A stretch of DNA of 64,000 nt from Psilocybe cubensis (lineage: Eukaryota), in contig CM039000.1 in the NCBI GenBank assembly GCA_017499595.2, positions 3,658,001 to 3,722,000 on the forward strand, read 5' to 3'. Below are positions 13,165-25,194 of this stretch, one piece after another; the stretch's first letter is position 1; each line of letters begins with the position of its first letter. The position numbers and the translations under genes were made by a program. The notes below the pieces were generated by a model. It had not been told where the DNA came from, did no database searches, and worked only from the letters and a program-made list of their open reading frames with translations.

Positions 13165-14398
13165 TTAATCTTGGGACATAGTATTGCTATTGTGGACTGT
13201 GTCCTCGTTTAAGCGCATACGTGCCATCCTCTGTTGCGTGTCTTCAATGTCAATCTGACCTTCGTATAGCTGCCTCTTTGTCCTACGCAAAACAGCGACC
13301 TGTCTTTTCGCTGGAGTATAGCGCGACCGCATTCTGAGAATATCAGCTTTCTGTTGGAAGTTATGAATGGCTATGAGACTGTTCAACGTAACATTGCTTA
13401 CCTCTCTTGCCTCCTGGTCCAAGACAAGTATTCCGCGAAGAGCGACAACGAATTTGTACTTGTTTTCTTGGGCAGGAAATGCGACAAAGGCAACACTGAT
13501 CTCGACAATGTCTCCAATTCGTATGGAGGCAGGATTATAAGCATAATATCTGTTGCAACATGATGTTAGTTTGGTTGTGATGCATTGTTGGTATTTCCTA
13601 AACATACCTGGCTGTTCCGTCAGGAAGTATCTCCCGACGAAGAAACTGTACCTCGTTATCGATCGCGTGGATGAAACCGTCCCCTACCATGGACGCCAAC
13701 ACGTTATCAGGGTCGACCAGGGGATGAAAACCTATGTTGTCAGATTCGTCTTGATATGCGGATACCTTCGTGAAATATCGGCTATGCGCATGGAAAACGT
13801 TGAAACCCGTGTCTTTGTGAAGAACTGGGTCATAGCCGCTGACGCTGTCCGCGGGAAAATTGTTTGTGAAACGGAGGAAAACTTCTTCTAGCTTTTCCAT
13901 CGCCTTATCGAACGCAATGTCTCCGAGTCCCGTGATAGCAATGGCGGTACGTAAATATGGTCGTTGCTTGACCATTCTGTCGCGGCTGTAACACAGTGTT
14001 AAGTCCTCATTCGTAATTAATTCACCTCAATGGAGTGGACGTACGAAGCAGGCTTTGCCATTGGTGGTAGAATCTTTTCCCTAACTATGCCTTGGAGTCT
14101 GAATATCACTTCGTCCATTGCACCGATATCCACGTCAAAGTCGGACACCCTCCATGATTTGGGCGTCAAGAATTCGGTGATTTCATACTTCTGTATCTAC
14201 ATGAGTCGTTAGCAAGTTTTTGAAGCTTAGCAATTGAATTCCTTACATCCGCGTCGCATAATTGAACGTGGCTGGGGTTCAATCGTTGTTCGTTCACTAT
14301 TTCTTCAAGTTTAAGTTCTGAATCTTGATCAGCTTTTGTACGCATGAAGAATGAAAGGACAACTCACTCGCGGCGTTTATGTCGTAGTTCTCGTCCAT
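13165..14398 (-). CDS. Multi-exon cargo protein, putative OB-fold / ssDNA-binding-like
   Basis: Joinable exons MDENYD..., EVIFRLQGIVREKILPP, AIAITGLG...HSRYFT...DNEVQF, PASIRIGDIVEISVAFVAF...VALRGILVLD. The fold call is inferred from the beta-strand pattern. Confidence 0.55.
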
Positions 14399-14807
14399 TG
14401 TTAATGACGTTCCAAGGGTGTCAAAGTACTTCTGTATCGTGCTCAATCAAATCACACTTGATATATTATAATGTATGCCCGCCCCCCCTATTCTTGCTGT
14501 TCTTCATTTATGCCCCCTGTTCTTGTGGATCTTCATTTTTATCTTTCTTGGTACGATCATTCGCACCATGGTCTTTGGATATTCTCTTCAAGCGATCACT
14601 AAAATTGATCAGTCATTCCTTTGAGAATTCCAATATTTCTGCTGGGTCAAATTTCTTCCTGCTCTCCTGTTTACTTCGCGTCTGAAAGATTCGATGGCCC
14701 TGATCGTTATCTACATCCAAGCCAATTGATTTGGCATATATTCTCTGTTCTCCCTCTTCTCGTCCTTGTCATCCACGCTTTGACTTTCCCTAAGACTTCG
14801 TCCTTAA

Positions 14808-17780
14808 ATGCCTCCTAAAGCTAAAAAGAACGCTGATACTGCTGCTTTGGCAGTTTGACTTCCGTTGCCAGCTCTTGCTGTCCCTCCTGTTAGTGCAGCG
14901 CCCCCTGCTCGAAAGGTTGCCAACAAACGAGTTGCTGCGGCGAAGGTTGTCAAGTATGTACCTCTGTTATTTTGTTCCCAAATTTAACTTACCTTTATCT
15001 TCGTTTTTCTCCTTAGAAAAACTGCTGACATGGACGCCCAGGTTAAGAGAGCTGCCCCAAAAAAGAAAACAACGTACAGTGTTTTTATTCGTCTTGCTAT
15101 AAGTCTGTTGTTGACCATTGTGTGCTTTTAGTAAACCTGCGTCCAATGTTGTTGCTCAACAGCCCCCTTTGTCCGAAGTCCCTCCTGTACAGCCCAAGAA
15201 GGACCATGTGACTGTCAGTGAAACGAAATTCAGGCCTGGGTACGTTTTCTTTCGTTTTATAGATTGTTTTGCGCTCTAAACCTATTTTTTTAAATAATAT
15301 TCGCACTTTTTATAGAAACCCCATGTACGTTTCTCCTTCGGGCAATTACGTTTCGTTTCTAATGAATTTCTATATCAGGCTTCGCCAAGGAGCTCCCGCA
15401 GCGGCGACGGTCAACGCGGTCGAAGCTGATGAGGAATATGAAGGGGCGTCTGATGCAGAAGAGGTGGTTACAGACGGTGAGCTGCGTGACGAGGATGATG
15501 ATGATGATGACCACGACGACGACGACGACGAAGATGAAGAGGAGCAAGGCGGTGACTCCGAAGACCTCGATGACTTCATTGAAGATGATGAAGACGCACT
15601 TGAGGACGAAGAATACGAGGAGGAAGAGGAGGAAGACGAAGACGACAAAGATGTTGAAGATGACTTGAACAATCTTGAAGAGCAAGGAGGTATTCTTACT
15701 GACGAAGGAGAGGACATTGAGGAGCCAATTAAAAAGTTTGTTATCATTTTCACTGTCTGGTCAATTATTGATTGAACATCATCAGCGTCCCCGCACCTCC
15801 CATCGACGAGTGAGTCTTTTACTCACTTATTGGTATTTTTTCTCTCACTGTATTGTTTCTAGTGTCTTTACTTCCGCCCCAACTCTCCGGAAATCCCGCA
15901 AGATCAAAAGGCCGAGGGAGTCTACCCCTACACCTGAGTTTCCTACGCAGTATGTTATTCATCAGTTATACGGATTTTCAAGTCGTACTGATATGGCTGG
16001 TTTTTTTTTTAATCTCAGTGGGTCACAATTGCCAGCAACACCCGCAACTCCGGTTGCAGATAGGTCTCCGTACGTTACAATTAATTTGATTTGAACTTTG
16101 GTTTTTGTTGACCCTAGCGGTGCAGTACCAAACGTATGCGCACGGAACCTCCGCCTACGCCTTCTCCGACGAAGAGGGCCACCCCCAAGAAGAAAGCCAG
16201 CGAAACTCCTGCTACTCCTGCCAGGCGATCAGCCCGCAAGGCCGCTGCAGAAACTCCGTCCTCCAGGATGAATGCTCTTTCTATCGTCGATATTGGAACT
16301 CCTTCTTCGATCCCTGAAAGCAAATCTCCTTCAAAAAATACCCGCAAAGTGTCGACACCTCGTTCCAAGATTGCGAAGAAGTCTCAGGCACCCAAGGCGG
16401 GAACTGTTTCTGTTGCTACCGACAATGACACTGTTGTTGTGTCCGCCCCCGTTACAGCCAGCGCTATTGCTCCTGTTGTCACCAGTGCCGCTATTCCGGC
16501 TCCCAGTGTTGTGCCACCCGCCCTGGGACCACGTAGCCTCCGAAATCCTGCTCTTTTGGTATACAACTCCGATCTCAATAGTGTTCAATCAGCGTACGTG
16601 TTCTCCTTTATTTTGTGACATGAGCTTACACATACATTCGTATATCATTCAGGGCTTTGCCATTTGCGTGCGAGGTTTCGGTTGGAATTACTAGAGATCC
16701 CGAACTCGAAGTGAAAGGATGTTACAAAAACCTTCCACACCTCAGGTAAACCTCAAATCATATGCGACACAGCACACATGTTGACAGATAGTGCAGGCAA
16801 ATAGAGACCTTTAGCAACGTCGACACCACTCAAGTTCATGGGCTGGTGGGCTTCAGTCAATTGCAACAGTGGCATGGCGCGAATTTTCCCTCCAGGTAAG
16901 TCGCTTATGTGTCATTATTTGCCGTCCTTCGTGATATATCTCCCAATGGTAGTTTCCTTGCATCCTTCCTCAACTTTTCCATTGAGGAATGTTTCGCCAA
17001 TCTTGGTCGCGTTAGCCCTTTGCTATTGAAGTCACAGTCCATGTGGGGACAACGTTACGAACTTCGAAACGCATCTGGAGAGCCGTTACAGTGCCTAACT
17101 CCAATTGTGACAACGTCCTCGTTTCTTCACGAAATGAATCCTCGATTGACATGGGGAGGCCATTACGTCCAAGGGGTTCCGATGGCATATTGGTGGGACC
17201 GGGCTTTGGCTGTCATCGGGATGGTAACCCATCAACCAAAGTTAGAGGTCCCTTCCTACCACAACGCGATACAATTTACCACCAAGAACAAACCGAACGA
17301 CAAAAGTGGTAAGTACCATAATTCTATTTGGCTATGTGACATTCCTGACTACCGCACATAGCAGATGAACAAATGAGCTCTACCGCGCAGACACTTCCTA
17401 AGTCGCTTTTTACAACCGCACCGGCGGTATCGCTCAAGACGACTCCTCAGCCCAAGAAAAAAGCCACAATGTTGGCTTACAGCGAAAAATGTGAGTCCTC
17501 AGTTTATCCCGTTATTTATTGCCAAGTTTAATACGTCGCGGCAGTTCCCATTTATGATTTGCGTACTTTGTTGAAAGATTTTCCTGAGAAGACTTTCACC
17601 AAGGAGATGCTGGAAGACAGAGATTTATATCTTCCTTTGTGGAATGAAATACCCTATGGTTCGTTGGTCATTATGTCCCATATGATTCACATCGCACAAC
17701 CTGCGACCGGTGGAAATCATTTTAAATTGTTCAACTATGCACAGTGGGGATTTTTGCTGTCCAGTCCAACTGTTGACTAG
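14808..17780 (+). CDS. Multi-exon cargo gene: K/P/A-rich start, long D/E tract, P/S/T-rich linker, beta-rich C-terminal domain (possibly OB-like); possible early stop
   Basis: ORFs 15269-15775, 16136-16618, 16909-17361 and 17559-17780 are separated by GT-AG introns. C-terminus VPIYDLR...LPLWNEIPYGSLVIMSH...QWGFLL. In-frame TGA at 14856. Confidence 0.55.
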
Positions 17781-17979
17781 AGAGTGGGTTGCAAATATGT
17801 ACCTACTCTTCGCTTTTAATTCTACATAAAACAATCAAAGTTTGTTTTACTATCTATGGCATTCAAATTCTGTTATTCTGTGCCGTTTCAAGTGGTTTTG
17901 AGGTGGTTGGACCATAATGTATTGGTGACGTCGACATGATATAAAATCAAATTGGACACAGGGGTGACGTGCTGCCACC

Positions 17980-18020
17980 GTGGGAATATCCTGCGTACAG
18001 TGTACGCAGGATGTTCCCAC
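17980..18020. repeat. Single 41-bp palindrome (stem extends to 17977-18023)
   Basis: accGTGGGAATATCCTGCGTACAGTGTACGCAGGATGTTCCCACggt. Confidence 0.95.
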
Positions 18021-18286
18021 GGTCATCCTGTTTATGAACTTGCTTAACTGAGCGTCTATTTGATGCTCATGCTATCCAGCTTTAAGATCTCTATTCATAT
18101 TCATGCCATACACGAAATAACATTTCCTTAGTTTTGCAGCTGTCATATAAACTCCTTAGTTATGCACCTGTCATATAAACTTGAACAGATACACTTGCCC
18201 TAAAGTCGTGTTTTTTTTTTTCATCATGATGTTTCATTTCCTTTCTTTCACTTTTCACTTTCTTCGTATCTCTCAAACGATTCAGA

Positions 18287-19658
18287 ATGGACAGCTCCAC
18301 GTTACAATCAGCCAATAACCATTCCCCCATCGATAATACGACATCTACCGATGTCTCTGCGAAGGATTACATCGAATTCGTGCGACAATCGTTATCAAAC
18401 GACTCTCCCTATCTCATCGCCTTGCGAGACAATCCGTTACCAACTTGCATGGGTTGTACCAACGTCAGCAAAGAGTGCAAGGGCATGAATCCCATTCGAT
18501 GCCAAAGATGCATCATCTTCAAACGTGTTTGTGAGAAGAAGAAGTCTTATATCGTACGCTCTTCCATTGCCCATTTTGGAATGACCGAAACTGTCGCCTC
18601 CGAAATGTATGCGCTTCATGCGCAATCCATAAAGACAAAACACAATCTGAAACTATCTGGTACAACTGAGGATGCTTCTGGCTCGCGTGCGGCCATGTCG
18701 CCTTCCATTTTCCCTAAAGGAATGCCACCACCGACAGATCCCTTCTTCGCGCTATCGGATAAAAATCTTCCCTCGTCAAAGCGAACCTCCTCTCCTTCAA
18801 CTTCAACAGGCCTTCTTCACCAATCCGGACTTCCGAAAACGGAGCCCGTCGACAGTGTTATGACCGCTGGTAACGAAAACACCAACATGCCTTCAAAGAG
18901 GAAGCGGTCGCTCGCAGATGATACCCAGAGCCGAGTATTCAGCCCTCCTGCACAACACCGCGGTCATGAACACGGAGGTTATTTCAGCGACATCTCGTCT
19001 GTTGGAAGATTTGATCCCAGAAATGCGCGGCCTTCTAATGGTGATGACGAACAGGCTAGCAAGGGGAACGATGCCGATGACGATGGCGAAAACCACAGCT
19101 TGCGCGGGAGCGACTTCAAGGATTCAAATGACGAGGACTCTGATTCCACAGAGGCTGATGAAAAGGAACGAGCCGCGAAAAAAGTTCGTCTGAATGCTGC
19201 TGAGCGAGCACGATCCGATTCCAGGGGTGCAACTCCTGAGGATTTTCTCCATCCTCTCAATTTTGGATACCATCGCAGAGCCATGAAAGACAAAGTGGCA
19301 AGGTGCAACAAGTTCAACAAGGAGGCTCTAGATTCCGCGCAGACAGAAATCGATCATTTAAAGTCGCTGTTGGAAACCACCCAAAAGCACTCCTCCTTCC
19401 TTTCTGGTGAGGTCAACAAATTGAGGCAAGACGTACAGCTTCTTAACGAGAACAACATCAATTTGTCTACTGCGTTGCATATGTCAAGGTTGGAGATCAA
19501 GGCGATACAAAGGCGGTTGTCCGAAGTCGTTGTCATTGAAAAGGTGATGTATAAGTCTTGTCCGCAAGTGATGAAGACTAACTAACTCTTTTTGTATGTG
19601 ACAGGCAACCAGAGGTTTCCATATTTCCTCTCGTACCTTTGAACGGGAAGAAGCTTGA
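18287..19658 (+). CDS. Zn(II)2Cys6-motif protein with C-terminal coiled coil
   Basis: CMGCTNVSKECKGMNPIRCQRCIIFKRVC = CX2CX6CX7CX2CX6C; heptads in IDHLKSLL...VNKLRQDVQLLNENNINL; basic patches KRKR and KKVR; probable terminal intron near 19544-19604. Confidence 0.7.
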
Positions 19659-20086
19659 ATTGTTGTATTTGCAGTGTCTTTTTTTGGCTTTTCTTGGCAT
19701 TCGGCGAACTTCCAGCCTGTTGTAAATACATTATCGATGTCATATTTAAACTTTTAACTTTTTGTTGATGTTTCTACGCCACCGCCAGGATCAATCCGCA
19801 TGTGCCTGCCCTAAACGATGTGCCTACTTAACTTCGTCCTGTGTCAAGAATTTTTTTCCCTTCCTTGCCTGTTCTTGTAACTCTGAGGAAAATCTTTCGT
19901 GTTATAGCTATTTTCTTTTCATCTGCAGTTATTTGATCTAAGTCTCATACAGTCAGGTACGAGTTCATGATCTCGGTGCTTTTAGATTCCACGCGTAGTA
20001 TTTGAATTTCATTGCAAATTGGGACGGGATTACCTATTTAATGTCAGAGCGGAGTGACTGATTTCATTTATTATCAGCAGAAAATT

Positions 20087-23000
20087 ATGAGTGACTGTCC
20101 GGAGGACACCCTCAATCAGGAACGCCCCAACATGGAACAGTCTGAACAATCTGACCAAGATATGATGTCGGTGGACCGAGATAGATCATCGTCACCCGTT
20201 ATGGAAAACGAGGATCAAGACCTTCTTCGATTATGCGATCGGTCCAAAGAGTTCGTTCATTGTTGTAATCTGCTGGCTAAGTTGTCGCTAACTGTGCACA
20301 TTTCGGTAGTTTCCGGTCTTCTTCGATGCCATTGCTCTGTTTTCCTTGGTTCACCGATGTCATTGTTTCACCGGAATTGCTCAGTGAGGCCGTGCCCCAA
20401 AGCGATTGGGTTCTGGTGCGCTTCATTATTTTCTGAAGGGGATTTATTGTTAATTTTACAAATGTGCAGACGATGGCCAACAAATTGGATGTATATACAG
20501 ACCGCGTCGTGAACGAGAAGTCACACGAGTTCATCGCCATGCACGATTTCTTCAAGCTTGCCCCTGGGCACCCAATGAAGCTGCCTAACAAGAGTAACTT
20601 TGTTAATCTGACGGGGCTTATGGTCGGTTACCGCGTTTTCGATATATATGCCCAGGTTCGAGGACTGCACAAGGAGAGAGAAGTGGTTATGCACAAAAAG
20701 CTCAAAACTGCGACAGGTCCCACACGTGTATGCCCCTACGCAATCTATTTGGTGATCTTATTGACCCATTTGTGATAGTTCTGGAATTATTTAGATAACT
20801 GGCAAAAGGTCCTCCTGGACGCCAAAAAATCACTCAAGAGTCTTCGATTATTCTCATCGCCCACATCTTCCGATAACTCACAAGGGAGTAGCCCACTCTG
20901 TTCTCTTTTGTTGCATATGTCGCAACTGCAAGGAGCTTCGAGAGGTATAATTATTTTGCAAAACTTTGTTTTGGCTTGCCTTTCTGTTGCCCTCTTGCGG
21001 GATCCGAAATTTGAAACTATCGATCTGCCAAAGAGCCCGATGGAATTTTTCGAAATCGTCAATAAGTAAGTCTTTTTTTCGGTCAAATATACAGACCTTT
21101 AACGGTGATATCAAAAGTCTCGTCCCAGACAACACTAGATATGATTTTACCGAAAATGTCTTGACATCAAACCGCAACCACGATGTGAGGAACCCCTTGA
21201 CACTTGCAGCATTGTGTAGCCCACTTTTTCTTCTTGTCGGAGGGTCCCTTGTCGCCCATCACTTCGACAAAAAGGAATTATTTTTGGTCAGTTTGATTCC
21301 CGTCATGGTCAGCTCTTTATAACGTAACCCTTTCAGACGGCCAAATCAATTGGGAACGATCTGGACTCAAACCTCAAAGAGGTTGTCTCGGGTCTTTGGG
21401 AAGTAATCTTTGACTGTGCTGAGGGGAAATCTCAGCCAGCAACAGCCTTGATCTCCTGGCTAGAGGGTTTGCATCTCGATGACATAGATGATGGCGGATG
21501 GTATCACGAAGGTTTGTTTAGTTTGCGATTTACACATTAAATCTCACTCACAATTTCATATTTCAGGAGATAGCAGCGAAAGCTTGGACAATGTTCTCGC
21601 TTTCAGCTTAGCAGGGAACACGGTCCCCGCTTCATGGCAACAAACTGTTTTTGTTGCCGAAGGTTCTTTATTTTGCAATTCACATTTCATCAGATTACTG
21701 ACACTTGTAACAGTTAACAAGCGGGCGCTGCTTACGTCTGGCCCAACCAACCAACCTTCTACCTCCAACGCCACGGGAGGGAATGCGGCAGACGCGATTC
21801 CACAGGAGACAGCACCACACACACAATCGAGCCAGGGGAACGACCCGCCGGCCACTCCGGGCGTCAATCCAACGTCGACGGAAGGTCGCAATCAGGTTGA
21901 AAACAAGACCATGGACGATGACGCAGCGGGTGAATCCGGCCTGCCTGAAATGCCTGCCCAAACGGCAGGCCAGACAGATAATACCTCTCCGACCACTTCT
22001 GATCCCACTCAAGGCAAGGAACCGGAACCCCCAAACTCCACAACTGGTCAGAACGCGTGTGACGACGACGCCGACAAGGACTCTGACTCTGACTCCGACT
22101 CCGACTCCGACGCGGACGTGGACGCCGACAAGGACAAGGACGAGGACAAGGGCAACGCCGCCGACAACAACGCCGACGCCGACATCCAAAAGGCCGCTCC
22201 CACGTCGCCACCTGTTGTGGGAGGAAAACGAAAACGTCCAAGTCTGAAAAAGCGTCTTCTTTCAAAGGTGCAGGTTCCTCGCGTGCAAATCCGGTACACC
22301 ACTGCAAGGCCTGCTCCCCGTGCATCCAAGGTGGCCGTGGTCAATCGATTCCTTAGTGGCTGTACTGCGGAGGTCAAGGTTGAGGCAATTGATATTGAAG
22401 ACCTCAAGGTCTGCGACGTCTGTCTTTTATTCACCACAAAACTGATTTTATACTTAGGTTGACACAGAACTACCTATTACCCTTGACAATACGAAGCAGA
22501 AGGTGTGTGCTTCGTTATGTCATCGTTGGGCGTTTACCTGAAACATGGTTTTGTTAGAGAGTCTTGTTCAAGCAATCAGAATGCCTTGTTGTTTTCGACG
22601 GACAGGGCACAGAAATTCAGCTCAGGCCTGCCTTTCATGTAAGCTTTATATCCTACGTTAAGCATTCTTAATCAATGATTTCCATCTCAAGTGCGGTATC
22701 TACGCCAAACTCCTAAAAGATGCTGTTCAAGCTGCGTCGCAGGCGAATATCGACGGCAAACCGGTGCATGCTGCAAGTCCTTCAAAGTCCAAGATCGTCG
22801 TCATGGATGACTTGTTTTTCAATAACAGTCATCCGCCTAAACGCAATGCAGCTTTGCAGAACGGCGTCATAGTCGTTTTAGGATGCAAGCTACGAAACAT
22901 GTCGTTTGATCTCGACAGCCTTTCAAGGATATGTGACATCCACAAAGTCATATCAGTCCAGGGTAATACCATTTTTCATATGTTATATTTAATGTTTTTA

Positions 23001-24816
23001 ATCCTGCCGTGTTAGATCAATCAGTTGACCCTTCCGACAATACTGATAACACTGGGATGATGCGAACGTCGACGCTTGCCACCATCTATGCAAATAAATC
23101 GAAGAAAACAGGCAAAATCTTAAACGCACTGGACCTCCCCGAGTTTTTTTTCTGCGAACAAACGTGCTTCAGCACAGATTTGAAGGCCTGGCAATACACT
23201 CAAGGCCTTGCCTTCAGCAAGGATCAAATACCTCCTATTTCTGACATCCGATGGTGGCTGGTGGCGACGGCCGACGCCATTCATGGCTGGCACATAGATT
23301 GCGATGGTCTGGGAACCATCATTACTTGCGAGATTGGGATGAAAGTAATTTTCATTGCGTTGGAACCTTCGTCAACTTCATCTACACCCTCGACATCAAG
23401 CATTGATCGCTTTGCCAATGACAACTTTGACCCTATACGAATGGTCAAGGACTCCTGGGATGTGCAGGCGATATGTCTACAGCGCGGTGACCAAATGTGA
23501 GTTTTGTTGGTTTGCGTATAACACGATACCTGGATTTAAACTGTTTTTTCTTTCATTTTCTAAGTGTCATTCCACCAAACACCATGCACATGGTCTACAC
23601 GGCGGAACCTTCTATTTGCTTTGGCGCTCACTTTTATTCGCTCCATACCATGAAGGAGTCCCTTTGCGGCTACATCCACTCGTTCCTTGCTCATTCTATC
23701 TGCACGAACACTGCACATCCAAACACTAGGTCGCTTATTCACAGATTGGTATCATTTTACCATAAGTCTGTCACCTCTGATTCCTCTGACATGCCTGCCG
23801 ACGTTGCTGCCCATTTGCCGGACCTCAATTCCCTCAAGAACATTATTTCGATCATTTCATTGTGTTCTCTGACGATTCTCTTGCACGTGTTGTCCCCCGA
23901 GACCTACACGTTTCCTGAACCTCCACATGGCCGCGAGGCAACACCATCTGCTACCCACAAATTGCAACAGTATCTCAACGAAACATACGACCTCAATACG
24001 TTTCACGCTGCTGACAGATACAAATACATGCACATGAGGGCTTTAGCGTGGCGTATACTGGGATGGCTCAGATTGGGGAAACTCAGATATAAGCCAACAT
24101 CCACTTCGAAGTCAAAATCCCCGTTCCCCTCGACAAAAGAAGTCCACAAGCCCGACGCTAACGGTTACTTTGAGAGCGACATCGGTGACGACGTTTTAAC
24201 GCCTTTCATGGGAAATTTGGTGTTGTCTTTGTTGAGCTACAATGAACTGGCTGACCAACATGAGCTTCGACCTCCTGTTCCAATGACGATCGACGCTTTC
24301 CGCTCCCAGCTTATGGGGGCCTTTGTCAAGGCCGAAAGTGTGACCGAATACGTCCAACGTCATCTGGCTGATGCTCCACGCAAAGATCTCATCATGGACT
24401 TCGACTATGGATTTGAATGGAAGTTTGAGCGCGCAAATGCTTCACAGCAAGGTGTGTTCTATAACTGTGCCCTTCATTTGTCACTACAACTGATTGATAC
24501 CTTATCGCTGATCGCTCCGCAGATATAAAGGATTTCTTGGTCAATCTTTCGGGCATCACGGCTCAGGACGAACTCTATTTACATGGACAGGAGACTAATT
24601 GGTTGATTTACCAAACTGAAGATGTTATGGATGTCGATAGCGACAGTAACTCTGGAGAAGAACAAGACGATGCCAATGCATCGGTCGAATCCGAAGCTGA
24701 TGGTAAGGAGTTCCTAATATTTCTCGTGTTTCCTTTATTCATCATACATCTCTTCATGGCTTCGTCTAGACTATGACCCTGACTTGGATCGTCGGCCCTC
24801 GAAGCGAAGGAAGTAG
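20087..24816 (+). CDS. Large multi-exon JmjC-domain protein (2OG/Fe(II) dioxygenase, histone-demethylase-like)
   Basis: WHIDCDGLGT..GMKVIF..LQRGDQ / IPPNTMHMVYTAEPSICFGAHFY gives the HxD...H triad plus K, resembling Jhd1/KDM2-type JmjC. Joining of the upstream exons into one gene is inferred. Confidence 0.75.
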
Positions 24817-25006
24817 TGGCAGGCTTTTGTTCCATTTAGTCCTTCACATCTGTCGTATACCTACCTCACTCGTTGATTTTCGTTGTATCACAAAAAAAAT
24901 TACAATGCATATATTTCGCCTCTTACATTTGAAAGCAAAGTGAACTTAATTTTACACTACTAGTCCAAAATGAAATGACATCGTACTTCCCGTCCCCCAT
25001 CTAAGT

Positions 25007-25167
25007 GTGGGAATATTCTGCGTACAGTGTACACAGCATATTCCCACACCGCACATGACCTGGAGCGTGGGAATATCCTGCGTACACTGTACGCAGCATG
25101 TTCCCACACTGCACATGACCTGGAGCGTGGGAATATCCTGCGTACACTGTACGCAGCATGTTCCCAC
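25007..25167. repeat. Array of three 41-bp palindromes (25007-25047, 25067-25107, 25127-25167), 60-bp period
   Basis: Same palindrome family; ends 27 bp from the Rep-helicase stop codon. Confidence 0.95.
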
Positions 25168-25194
25168 ACTGCACATGACCTACAGCTTGCCATG

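Noticed and set aside
15359-15753. Antisense poly-Ser and poly-Val ORFs (also 21556-22437)
   Set aside because: Shadows of D/E-rich sense-strand exons.
24960-24963. CTAG as a canonical Helitron 3' end downstream of RepHel
   Set aside because: It lies about 44 bp from the nearest hairpin, further than the usual 10-15 nt or so, and I could not place a matching 5' TC end. A 4-mer is expected by chance.
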